DNA of 55,380 bases from a virus (taxonomy: Duplodnaviria > Caudoviricetes), in the IMG/VR virus record IMGVR_UViG_3300048556_000227, positions 1-55,380 of that record. One strand, 5' to 3'. The position numbers were made by a program, and so were the translations under genes. How positions within the stretch are numbered: position 1 is the first letter of the stretch; each line of letters starts with the position of its first letter. Shown piece after piece: positions 1-7,190 of the stretch. The notes below the pieces were generated by a model. That model was given only the letters and a program-made list of their open reading frames with translations, had not been told where the DNA came from and did no database searches.

Positions 1-199
1 GCCACTTGCGTGCCAGCTGGATTTCGCCAAGTGGCACACACCTAAGCCCTTGATCTTACACAGGTTTCCCTTCAAAAAGCGCATTTGCGTGCCATGTGTG
101 CCACCTAAAACAGACCTTGTTTTTTTTTATTTCTTCTTTTCACGTTTTTCTTTTTTTTTCTACTAACCCAATTTTAAGTGGCACACATGGCACACATTT
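1..199. repeat. Left copy of direct terminal repeat
   Basis: 1-199 recurs at 55183-55380, identical except a T9 vs T8 homopolymer (120-128 vs 55302-55309). Confidence 0.95.
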
Positions 200-290
200 G
201 GTTTTTGTATATACATCAATGACTTACGTGATTTTCAAGTGGCACACAATCTGGCACACAGCTGGCACACATCGCTGTAAGTGGCACACA
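1..290. repeat. Iteron-like array of TGGCAC(A/G)C motifs around a T-rich core (candidate origin or packaging site)
   Basis: About a dozen copies counting 55155-55200; mostly GTGCCA orientation left of the T tract (119-160) and TGGCAC orientation right of it; IHF-like ATCAA-N4-TTA at 43-55 (-) and 214-226 (+). Confidence 0.7.
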
Positions 291-353
291 TTCTCCTCCT
301 TCGTCGTCGAAAGTCGGGGTTGTTTGTGTTTTTTATAACTAGGAGTAATAAGA

Positions 354-497
354 ATGACCTTCCGACTATTTCTTGGGCTGTTGCTTGCAGCAGTCCTGTT
401 TCCTGTAGTTCTAGCCCTGTACTCGGTGCTGTTCTACGTACTCATTGGCGCAGCTGTTATCGGCCTCGCCTACTTCACCCTTAGACCAAGGAAATAG
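354..497 (+). CDS. Small hydrophobic membrane protein, 47 aa (not in ORF track)
   Basis: AGGAG at 341-345, ATG 354, MTFRLFLGLLLAAVLFPVVLALYSVLFYVLIGAAVIGLAYFTLRPRK, TAG 495-497. Confidence 0.7.
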   Translation: MTFRLFLGLLLAAVLFPVVLALYSVLFYVLIGAAVIGLAYFTLRPRK

Positions 498-501
498 ACC
501 A

Positions 502-756
502 ATGACCTTAGACCAAACAGCTGACTTATTGGCCGCTGCTCGAATGCGCATCGTCGAACTTGAAGACCGCATCAAGTGGCTTGAGGTGTTTGCCCCCAAA
601 CCTTGGGAAACAAAGTTCCCGCACGTTCGGTTCACCGACAAAGTGACCGTTACGTATGGCGATGGACGAAGTGAGACGTTCAAACATCTATACAACTCCG
701 ATTACGACTTAGAAACCGTCGATTGGGACACTGTTGTTAACTGTTACGAGGTATAA
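502..756 (+). CDS. Hypothetical early protein
   Basis: Frame of track ORF 445..756; ATG 502 follows AAGGAA and the upstream stop. Confidence 0.65.
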   Translation: MTLDQTADLLAAARMRIVELEDRIKWLEVFAPKPWETKFPHVRFTDKVTVTYGDGRSETFKHLYNSDYDLETVDWDTVVNCYEV

Positions 757-820
757 CCCAACACTCAACACTGAGCAGACACTTAGTGTTGGGTATCGAA
801 AAGCTAATAGGAGCTTGACA

Positions 821-1015
821 ATGACCATAGACCTAGACCCTAGACCATTAAACCTAAACATTGAGCATTGGAACGATATCGTTGACAACGATTACACGGA
901 CACTGCTCTTTCAATCGACTTACTTTTGGGGCAAGGTAGTAGCGTTTGTACTATCTTAGACGAATCCTCGTTCCTCGGATCCGAGTCGGTTACATCTGTG
1001 AGCATGACGCTCTAA
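821..1015 (+). CDS. Hypothetical early protein
   Basis: AGGAG upstream of ATG 821 in the frame of track ORF 734..1015. Confidence 0.55.
   Translation: MTIDLDPRPLNLNIEHWNDIVDNDYTDTALSIDLLLGQGSSVCTILDESSFLGSESVTSVSMTL
937..953. promoter_or_regulatory. 17-bp palindromic operator-like site
   Basis: TAGTAG-CGTTT-GTACTA. Confidence 0.65.
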
Positions 1016-1025
1016 TACAAACTTA

Positions 1026-1042
1026 TAGTACAGGAGGTACTA
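1026..1042. promoter_or_regulatory. 17-bp palindromic site enclosing the RBS of the 1043 gene
   Basis: TAGTAC-AGGAG-GTACTA directly before ATG 1043. Confidence 0.75.
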
Positions 1043-1633
1043 ATGACCACTACGTATGACGCATCACAATCGTTTATTCCCGCTGCAGCTGCTGCCTTGT
1101 CTGACCGCTCAGGCAAGAAGGCAATACTGGCCAAGCACATCGGTAACTTCGAGGGCACCTTCGAAGATCGTGTGTATCAGGCACTGGCTCTCTCGTTCGA
1201 CTCTGACTCGCAGTACATCCCCATTCAGATCCTTGGCTACATGCAGGATCTCATGGACAAAGTATCGTGGAACGCTCGTCGAGTACTCAAGAGCTACCAC
1301 ATCCCCGACGAGGTGTATGGCTGCGACCCCACCGAGAAGGCTCGTGAAGAGACCGGCGTATCGGTCGACCTTGAGCACATCGAGGACGTAGTCGACGCTG
1401 ACTTCAAGACCCTATACCTCATCGTAGCCAACATGCTGCAGTGTGAAGAGGGCCTCGACTTCGAGCTGCACTACTTCAACCCATCCGAGCTTATCGACGG
1501 CCAATGGCTAGACACTCGCACCTGTGACAACTTCAAAGACGCTCAGGTACAGATGGACGACATCGTTGACAAGCTCAACACCGTGAACCCAACCGACGCA
1601 CTCGCTGCCATGCGTGCACGCGCTGCTGCGTAA
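1043..1633 (+). CDS. Hypothetical early protein (196 aa)
   Basis: Strong RBS, long ORF, followed by a terminator. Confidence 0.85.
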   Translation: MTTTYDASQSFIPAAAAALSDRSGKKAILAKHIGNFEGTFEDRVYQALALSFDSDSQYIPIQILGYMQDLMDKVSWNARRVLKSYHIPDEVYGCDPTEKAREETGVSVDLEHIEDVVDADFKTLYLIVANMLQCEEGLDFELHYFNPSELIDGQWLDTRTCDNFKDAQVQMDDIVDKLNTVNPTDALAAMRARAAA

Positions 1634-1639
1634 CCAACC

Positions 1640-1671
1640 AAGGGGAATGGCTTCGGCTGTTCCCCTTTTTT
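1640..1671 (+). terminator. Rho-independent terminator
   Basis: AAGGGGAATGGC-TTCG-GCTGTTCCCCTT followed by a T run. Confidence 0.85.
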
Positions 1672-1718
1672 GTTCCCCGGCTGGAGAACGGTGTGCCTGC
1701 GACAAGGAGAAACAAGCT

Positions 1719-1856
1719 ATGCCAGATGAACTACTTCAAGCGTTGAGAGAATTCATCACCCATGAAATCGACATCATTCACGAAAGTGACTGGTGGAAAG
1801 AACTGATCGATGAGGCTGTAGATCGCAGGCTCGCTGAGCGAGAAGCAGATGAGTGA
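1719..1856 (+). CDS. Small acidic hypothetical protein
   Basis: AAGGAG RBS before ATG 1719; overlaps the next start. Confidence 0.65.
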   Translation: MPDELLQALREFITHEIDIIHESDWWKELIDEAVDRRLAEREADE

Positions 1857-2097
1857 TCAAGAACGACATCGCGTCTGTGTAGTCAGCGCAATCTTAATGA
1901 ACCCGACCATATCGAGCTGGGCTCAGAAGTACTGGACAAAAGTATTAACGCAGTTACTTCTCAACAGTTCAGGGGATGAGGACTTGATTCCTCACTCCGC
2001 AGGTCTGCCCCACCTGTGGTCAAAAACGGGGCATCAACTCAAAAGCAAACTGTCTGGAGGACAGACTTATGACCGTGACCAAACTAAAAACCACTGA
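1849..2097 (+). CDS. Hypothetical protein
   Basis: ORF packed between neighbours in the + operon. Confidence 0.55.
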   Translation: MSDQERHRVCVVSAILMNPTISSWAQKYWTKVLTQLLLNSSGDEDLIPHSAGLPHLWSKTGHQLKSKLSGGQTYDRDQTKNH

Positions 2098-2686
2098 GCG
2101 TTTAGCGCCTGCCCCTCGGCCTGGTTCTCATATCGCTGCGATCTACTCCACTGTTGAAGCGCTTGGCGGCAGTGCCACCGTCCGAGAGATACGAGAGCTG
2201 TTGCCTGCAGCCGGTGGTAGAGACTGCAAAACTCACAAAAACACGCACGTATACCTGCGATCCATCGGCATAAACCTTGGCTATCTCGTAAGCGATACCA
2301 AGTTTCCAACAGGGGCTCACTCCTCAATAACTGAGGAAGACTATGCCGCTGTTGTGTACAGCATCAATACCTTTGCAGATTTTGAACGGCAACGGTTGGA
2401 ACGTACTGCCCGCGATCAAAAGAACCGTATTGCCCGCGAAGTAGCCGAGCGAAAAGCAGAAGCTAAAAAGCAAAACAAGCTAGAGCGTGAGCGTGAACGC
2501 ATGGCGACTGCACGTCAAAAACTGGCTCCGGTTAGTACAACACCTACTACTACACCGGCAACAATAGACCCTGCACCTGAGACCATTCACGAAGATCACA
2601 GCACCCGTATGGAGTACGCAATCGTTGCTGCTACGGCGTCTGTCATATCGGTTGGTGTGTACGCCCTGCTTGGTCAGGTGCTGTGA
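2069..2686 (+). CDS. Hypothetical protein: possible winged-HTH-like N-terminus, charged coiled coil, C-terminal TM anchor
   Basis: GGAGG RBS; LGGSATVREIRELL segment, R/E/K-rich helix, hydrophobic C-terminus. Confidence 0.7.
   Translation: MTVTKLKTTERLAPAPRPGSHIAAIYSTVEALGGSATVREIRELLPAAGGRDCKTHKNTHVYLRSIGINLGYLVSDTKFPTGAHSSITEEDYAAVVYSINTFADFERQRLERTARDQKNRIAREVAERKAEAKKQNKLERERERMATARQKLAPVSTTPTTTPATIDPAPETIHEDHSTRMEYAIVAATASVISVGVYALLGQVL
2533..2549. promoter_or_regulatory. 17-bp palindromic operator-like site upstream of the Ubl operon
   Basis: TAGTAC-AACAC-CTACTA inside the 2069 ORF. Confidence 0.6.
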
Positions 2687-2883
2687 GCGACACACGCGCA
2701 GATCAGATCGTCCAGCAATTACAAATGATTGCTGCACACGCCGAGAACGCTCCTGACATCAGCCCCAATGGCAAGAACCACAGGTACATATCAGCTGTAG
2801 GCCTTGCTGACCTGTTGCTGGAAGCAGCAGACCTGATCGATGAGCAGATCACAAAAACACTAGACCCTAGATCGTGGCACTAG
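2683..2883 (+). CDS. Hypothetical protein
   Basis: GTGA overlap with the upstream stop. Confidence 0.65.
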   Translation: MSDTRADQIVQQLQMIAAHAENAPDISPNGKNHRYISAVGLADLLLEAADLIDEQITKTLDPRSWH

Positions 2884-2921
2884 GGCCTAGACCTTTCCCC
2901 TGCCACATTACTGGAGAAGAC

Positions 2922-3140
2922 ATGATGTCTGACATTTTCGTAAAAGTAGTACGCGTCCCTGGCGCTGTAACCGAAGTCGCCTTATCTGCAGGCGCAACCG
3001 TAGCTGACGCTCTGTCCGCTGCTGGTATCTCTTCCACTGGCTCTGAGTCCATACGTGTTGGCGCTGCTGACGCAACCGTGGACACCTCTGTCGGTGACGG
3101 AGATCGCGTTGTGATCGCGCAAGGAGCCAAAGGCAACTAA
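2922..3140 (+). CDS. Ubiquitin-like beta-grasp protein (Ubl), ~72 aa, C-terminus ...AKGN
   Basis: GGAG RBS; ThiS/MoaD/Ub-like pattern (VKVVRVPG..EVAL..GATVADAL...IRV...TSVGDGDRVVI); penultimate Gly; next to E1, JAB and E2. Confidence 0.85.
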   Translation: MMSDIFVKVVRVPGAVTEVALSAGATVADALSAAGISSTGSESIRVGAADATVDTSVGDGDRVVIAQGAKGN

Positions 3141-3251
3141 CCGACCACACCACTTTCGGGGTATGGCCCATCAGTAATGGTGGGCCTCCATCGGACGCTC
3201 GGAGTATGCCAACCCTACTGCCCTGCCCCACCCTTTTAAGGAGACCACGAA

Positions 3252-3422
3252 GTGACAAACCCAAAGCTATTTGTGCTGGGTAGACCTGAAGATTTTACCA
3301 ACCAAGAAGTTGACTGGCTTACCGACCTGATCACAGAAAAGCTCAACGACGATGGCATTGCGCCTGAGTCTTTCGCGTTTCAGATCCGTGTTGAGTACAC
3401 CCCGGCAAAGGAGACCCAATGA
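3252..3422 (+). CDS. 56-aa hypothetical protein inside the Ubl operon (not in ORF track)
   Basis: TAAGGAG RBS, GTG 3252, MTNPKLFVLGRPEDFTNQEVDWLTDLITEKLNDDGIAPESFAFQIRVEYTPAKETQ, TGA overlaps the E1 ATG (ATGA). Confidence 0.75.
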   Translation: MTNPKLFVLGRPEDFTNQEVDWLTDLITEKLNDDGIAPESFAFQIRVEYTPAKETQ

Positions 3423-4108
3423 TGCTCTCAACAATACGTCACGACGCAGTGTTCCGTGCATACGACTACAAGGATTATCCGATCCACATTGTCGGTGCCG
3501 GTGCTACTGGCTCGCGTGTCTTCATGTCACTTGTAGAGTTGGGCCTGACCAACCTGCATGTGTATGACTTCGACAATGTGGAGCCCCACAACCTAGCCAA
3601 CCAAGCGTTCTTGTTCGAGCACGTCGGTATGCCCAAAGTCAAAGCGTTGCAGAACCTAGCATCGCTCAAGCTCGGCGTGCCTGAAGACAAGCTGCCAATG
3701 CGATTCATCAACGAACGCATCGACCAGCGACAGTTCGACGGCTTCCTGTTCTTGCTGACCGATACGATGGCATCGCGTCGCAAGATCATCAGCAATCAAG
3801 ACTTTGGCCCCGACAGTATGTTGTTCCATGTCTTCGAGACTCGTATGGCATCGTCACATGGCAACGTATTCCACTTCTCACCAACCAACCCACACCAACG
3901 TCAAGCGTGGTTCGACTCGCTCATCAGCGACGACGAAGGCGAAGTGTCGCCCTGCGGTACCAGCATATCCGTAGGCGCTACTGCTTCGCTCATTGCCAAC
4001 CTAGCCGTATGGGAGTTCATGAACTTCCTACTCGACGACGGTTGTGCAACAGCACAGCTCGACGTGTTCTTCAAACCCATGCTACTCACGACCAGAGACC
4101 AAATATGA
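3419..4108 (+). CDS. E1-like ThiF/MoeB-family Ubl-activating enzyme
   Basis: IVGAGATGS nucleotide-binding loop, DFDNVEPHNLANQ, GMPKV, LLTDT..SR, candidate catalytic Cys in SPCG (3953-3955). Confidence 0.92.
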   Translation: MMLSTIRHDAVFRAYDYKDYPIHIVGAGATGSRVFMSLVELGLTNLHVYDFDNVEPHNLANQAFLFEHVGMPKVKALQNLASLKLGVPEDKLPMRFINERIDQRQFDGFLFLLTDTMASRRKIISNQDFGPDSMLFHVFETRMASSHGNVFHFSPTNPHQRQAWFDSLISDDEGEVSPCGTSISVGATASLIANLAVWEFMNFLLDDGCATAQLDVFFKPMLLTTRDQI

Positions 4109-4908
4109 ATTTCTATACCCAACCAAGTGGTGCGGACATCGACAGTTCCTCGATGGATCCCGTCATCACTCCGCTCTATGAAGAGCCCCCCATGCCCGTT
4201 GTGTACTACACACCCAACGTTAAAGCCGTAATCAATCACCTTGTTGCAGTGAACACTGCCGAGGTGGGCTGGCTCGGTCTGGTTAAGCAGGTCAACGACA
4301 ACGACTACTTGGTCTACCAAGTGTACGTGCCCAAGCAAACTGTCCATGCAGCCGAGACAGACATCGACTCCGATGCTATGGCCAATCTTGGTATCGAGAT
4401 CGCAGAAGCAGACATGCCTCCTGAAGATCTTTATTACTGGGGGCACAGCCACGTAAACATGGACGTTTCACCCAGCGCACAGGACGAGTCACAAATCGAA
4501 GAGTTTCTGGAAGCTGGATGCAAGCAGTTTATACGCGGTATATACAACAAGTACGGGCACAGTAAGGTCGATGTCTACGACGTACCGCGCAATGTGATCT
4601 ATCAATGTGTACGTGAAGACGTTGAGGTCAGCTTGACTGCCGAGCAGGTTGAGCGTCTTGACGATCTGATCAAAGCCAACGTCACCAAGAAACCGACTCC
4701 GGTTTATAAAAAGACACACATCAAACGCAATCCTGTCATCAGCAACCTGCCTGCAAACAACTACCACAGCCAACTGCAGCAGCCGTTCTATTACAGCGAC
4801 ACGTTCGATCACCTCGACGACACAGGCCTTGGCAACTATGCCGATGACTTTGACGACGGGGCTGACGATTTCTTAGACGGATACGACCCATCAAGGAGAA
4901 TTCAATGA
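4105..4908 (+). CDS. JAB/MPN+ metallo-isopeptidase with acidic C-terminal tail
   Basis: EVGWLG glutamate and WGHSHVNMDVSPSAQD = HxH-x7-S-x2-D; ATG 4105 overlaps the E1 stop. Confidence 0.88.
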   Translation: MNFYTQPSGADIDSSSMDPVITPLYEEPPMPVVYYTPNVKAVINHLVAVNTAEVGWLGLVKQVNDNDYLVYQVYVPKQTVHAAETDIDSDAMANLGIEIAEADMPPEDLYYWGHSHVNMDVSPSAQDESQIEEFLEAGCKQFIRGIYNKYGHSKVDVYDVPRNVIYQCVREDVEVSLTAEQVERLDDLIKANVTKKPTPVYKKTHIKRNPVISNLPANNYHSQLQQPFYYSDTFDHLDDTGLGNYADDFDDGADDFLDGYDPSRRIQ

Positions 4909-5807
4909 GCTGGTCACATCAACAAGCACTCACACTCAATCCTGGCAAAGAGCTTAAAGCGGAGTTGGAACTTCAACTTGAGCTTGAGAAGACAGAAGCA
5001 GAAATAAAACGCGACATTGTTCGTCTACATAAGCTCAGGTCGCAGCATTCAACCGATCAATGGATTCGAATACGAGACGCTTACAAGCAGCCCCACTCAT
5101 GGCTGGTGTATCAGCTCACGGGTGGTCATACACACTTAAAAGAGCGGATAGAAGTGTTGATCAAGCACTATCACCAAGAAGCGGACGAGCAGTGCCGTGA
5201 CAACTATGAAGCTCTACAAATAGCAGAAGCACGCTACGAAGTCGTCCAAGAGCGAATGGCGCAAGCTGAAATGAGACTCCGCATGGTACGCGATCAAGCT
5301 GACATCGTTGTCAGCAGAGATATGCTCGACACATTTCTGCGCGACAATGCCCACTACACACCTGACTCTTTGCAGTTGTCTTACAACGACGAGCCTATGC
5401 AGCACCGAGTCACCTTCAGCCTACGTGACATCATCGCCACCAACCCTCGTGGTAACAATCCTATTGTTATCCCACCACTGCGTATCGACTTCTATATCTT
5501 CCCGACCGGCAGTCATGACCTTGTGGTTCGTAACGATATCGGTCGCCCTTACTGGACAGATCGGTACAAAGGCTACTCCGAGGTTCCGCTGTTGCACCCA
5601 CACATGACAAGTGAAACGACACTGTGCTTGGGCGACTTTGGTGAAGGTGTTACCGAAGCAATCAGTGAAGGTGACTTCGTTACTGCTATCACAATACTCA
5701 CCATGTTCTTTCAACAATACGATCCAGACGATTCTGCAGGGGCATACCACAATGTGTGGCCTGATGCTGACGAAGACCGTCACATTGCTGACTACGCTGA
5801 CGCTTAG
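4905..5807 (+). CDS. E2/UBC-like conjugating enzyme with N-terminal coiled coil
   Basis: PLLHPHMTSETTLCLGDF resembles the E2 HPN-x7-C signature (Cys at 5625-5627); AAGGAG RBS and ATGA overlap with JAB. Confidence 0.75.
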   Translation: MSWSHQQALTLNPGKELKAELELQLELEKTEAEIKRDIVRLHKLRSQHSTDQWIRIRDAYKQPHSWLVYQLTGGHTHLKERIEVLIKHYHQEADEQCRDNYEALQIAEARYEVVQERMAQAEMRLRMVRDQADIVVSRDMLDTFLRDNAHYTPDSLQLSYNDEPMQHRVTFSLRDIIATNPRGNNPIVIPPLRIDFYIFPTGSHDLVVRNDIGRPYWTDRYKGYSEVPLLHPHMTSETTLCLGDFGEGVTEAISEGDFVTAITILTMFFQQYDPDDSAGAYHNVWPDADEDRHIADYADA

Positions 5808-5814
5808 GAAACCT

Positions 5815-5997
5815 ATGATCGACAAAGCAATTCAATTCGCCCTGACCTTTTTGACCATCAAACAATTTTTGCGGGAACTAAACAATGAAACAACTGGAGA
5901 TGAAGCTGACTCTGGAGAACGAGGAGCTAGAACTGTTCACGGAGATAGCACTGCAGATACAGCAGCACCTGAAGACCCTAGCCAATCAACAACCTGA
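5815..5997 (+). CDS. Possible small protein overlapping the next ORF
   Basis: AGGA RBS, ATG 5815; 3' half overlaps 5885..6019 in another frame. Confidence 0.4.
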   Translation: MIDKAIQFALTFLTIKQFLRELNNETTGDEADSGERGARTVHGDSTADTAAPEDPSQSTT

Positions 5998-6019
5998 CGA
6001 TGAGGAGGACAAAGACTAA
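5885..6019 (+). CDS. 44-aa acidic helical protein (not in ORF track)
   Basis: MKQLEMKLTLENEELELFTEIALQIQQHLKTLANQQPDDEEDKD; TAA overlaps ATG 6019 (TAATG). Confidence 0.6.
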   Translation: MKQLEMKLTLENEELELFTEIALQIQQHLKTLANQQPDDEEDKD

Positions 6020-6303
6020 TGTTCACAGCAGGACTAATCGCAGCAGCAGGCTTACTGTTTCTGTTATTCAAGTTCGGCATCCGCCGAGTCATTACCTATG
6101 ACATCTTCTTTGATGTCGCTATCACTGCCATCTTGATGGTGTCACTTGCTGGCACATTCAGCGGCATGATGGCTGCTCTCTTTGGCGGCCTGATAGTATC
6201 AATCGTACTATTCATCATGAAACGTACGATGCGCCACGAAAAATTATCACTGGTTAAGACCAAATCATTTCCATATCGGAGGTTCGCATGGACGGAACAG
6301 TAA
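6019..6303 (+). CDS. Small membrane protein (~3 TM)
   Basis: GAGGAGG RBS; three hydrophobic segments and a basic tail. Confidence 0.8.
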   Translation: MFTAGLIAAAGLLFLLFKFGIRRVITYDIFFDVAITAILMVSLAGTFSGMMAALFGGLIVSIVLFIMKRTMRHEKLSLVKTKSFPYRRFAWTEQ

Positions 6304-6779
6304 GAGCACAGGAGTTCGAGACCACCCCCTATCACGCTGTGTGTTGCACACACTGCAACTATGACATGGGCTACGACCACAGAAACACGACGGGCATGAA
6401 GCAATCTGTCGACTATGTAACTTGCCCTGAATGCTTCACAAAGCAATACAAGACCGCTGCTAATTACGCACCTGACAGTTGGTATGAGACCAATGCAGCC
6501 AGCTCCAACATGGCAGATAGAGCTGCCGACTCAGACACCGAGACCTATCAAATTTTAGAAAACGTTTCTGGTTATCGCGTTTATGACTTCGAGTTCCCCG
6601 CCGACTACAGCTGGGATGACGTCAGGCATCACGAGATTGATTGGGGTGTCCAACAAATAAGAATTACGTGGGCTGACAGTACAGAGTCGCGCTTCGACAT
6701 AGGTTATGGCGAATTAGAGGATCTCGAAGATACCGGCGATATCCGAATCCAGAACTGGGATGGAGACGAAGTCTATTGA
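6288..6779 (+). CDS. Zn-ribbon protein with acidic C-terminal domain
   Basis: CTHC...CPEC; GGAGG RBS. Confidence 0.7.
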   Translation: MDGTVRAQEFETTPYHAVCCTHCNYDMGYDHRNTTGMKQSVDYVTCPECFTKQYKTAANYAPDSWYETNAASSNMADRAADSDTETYQILENVSGYRVYDFEFPADYSWDDVRHHEIDWGVQQIRITWADSTESRFDIGYGELEDLEDTGDIRIQNWDGDEVY

Positions 6780-6961
6780 ACACTATCGATGAACCCACCT
6801 GCTGCAACTGCGGCAAGGAATGTATCCCAGTCATACTCGAATGGGACGAACCCGTCGAGTTCTGGGGTATGCGCAGCGTAGAGACCTTCTACACCATCGA
6901 CAGCCATTGTTGTAAAGACGAGGTAGAACTACCTACAAACTTTTCTATTCACGACTATTAG
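6776..6961 (+). CDS. Small Cys-rich (Zn-binding) protein
   Basis: CCNCGKEC...SHCC; TTGA overlap with the upstream stop. Confidence 0.6.
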   Translation: MNTIDEPTCCNCGKECIPVILEWDEPVEFWGMRSVETFYTIDSHCCKDEVELPTNFSIHDY

Positions 6962-6975
6962 TACAGGAGGTACTA
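6959..6975. promoter_or_regulatory. 17-bp palindromic site enclosing an RBS
   Basis: TAGTAC-AGGAG-GTACTA, identical to 1026-1042, before ATG 6978. Confidence 0.75.
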
Positions 6976-6977
6976 TT

Positions 6978-7187
6978 ATGGATCGAGACGAGTTCCTAGA
7001 TCAAAGCGAGCAAGTCGAAGAGCGACTGTCACGCGACGCAAACTCTTACGACATGCTGGTCTACAACTTTGTGTGGCTCAAAAGCCGCAAGCCCGAACTA
7101 CACGCAGAGCTGATGCGTAAGTTCCAGTCGATTGAATCCAGTGTGTACGCACACAGACAAGAGCAAGACGCTAAGGATCTATTCTAA
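6978..7187 (+). CDS. Hypothetical protein
   Basis: Strong RBS; directly upstream of the polymerase. Confidence 0.75.
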   Translation: MDRDEFLDQSEQVEERLSRDANSYDMLVYNFVWLKSRKPELHAELMRKFQSIESSVYAHRQEQDAKDLF

Positions 7188-7190
7188 ACC

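Noticed and set aside
1-290. CRISPR array
   Set aside because: Repeats are ~8-10 bp, irregularly spaced and in both orientations; no cas operon
96-484. Track ORFs 96..338 and 281..484
   Set aside because: Run through the repeat/poly-T region without an RBS; 354..497 has a clear RBS
3907-4104. Track's longer N-terminus for the JAB ORF
   Set aside because: Overlaps E1 by ~200 nt with shadow-like Arg-rich sequence; ATG 4105 gives a clean ATGA overlap
2922-4108. ThiS/ThiF or MoaD/MoeB sulfur-relay (cofactor or tRNA thiolation) genes
   Set aside because: No ThiG, MoaE, rhodanese or thiolase gene in the genome; the Ubl lacks a free GG; coupled JAB and E2-like genes favour conjugation. Disfavoured rather than excluded.
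2922-4908. Lambdoid tail-assembly Ubl/JAB pair (gpI/gpK)
   Set aside because: Located in the early arm, opposite strand to tail genes; no NlpC/P60 domain; virion module is podovirus-like
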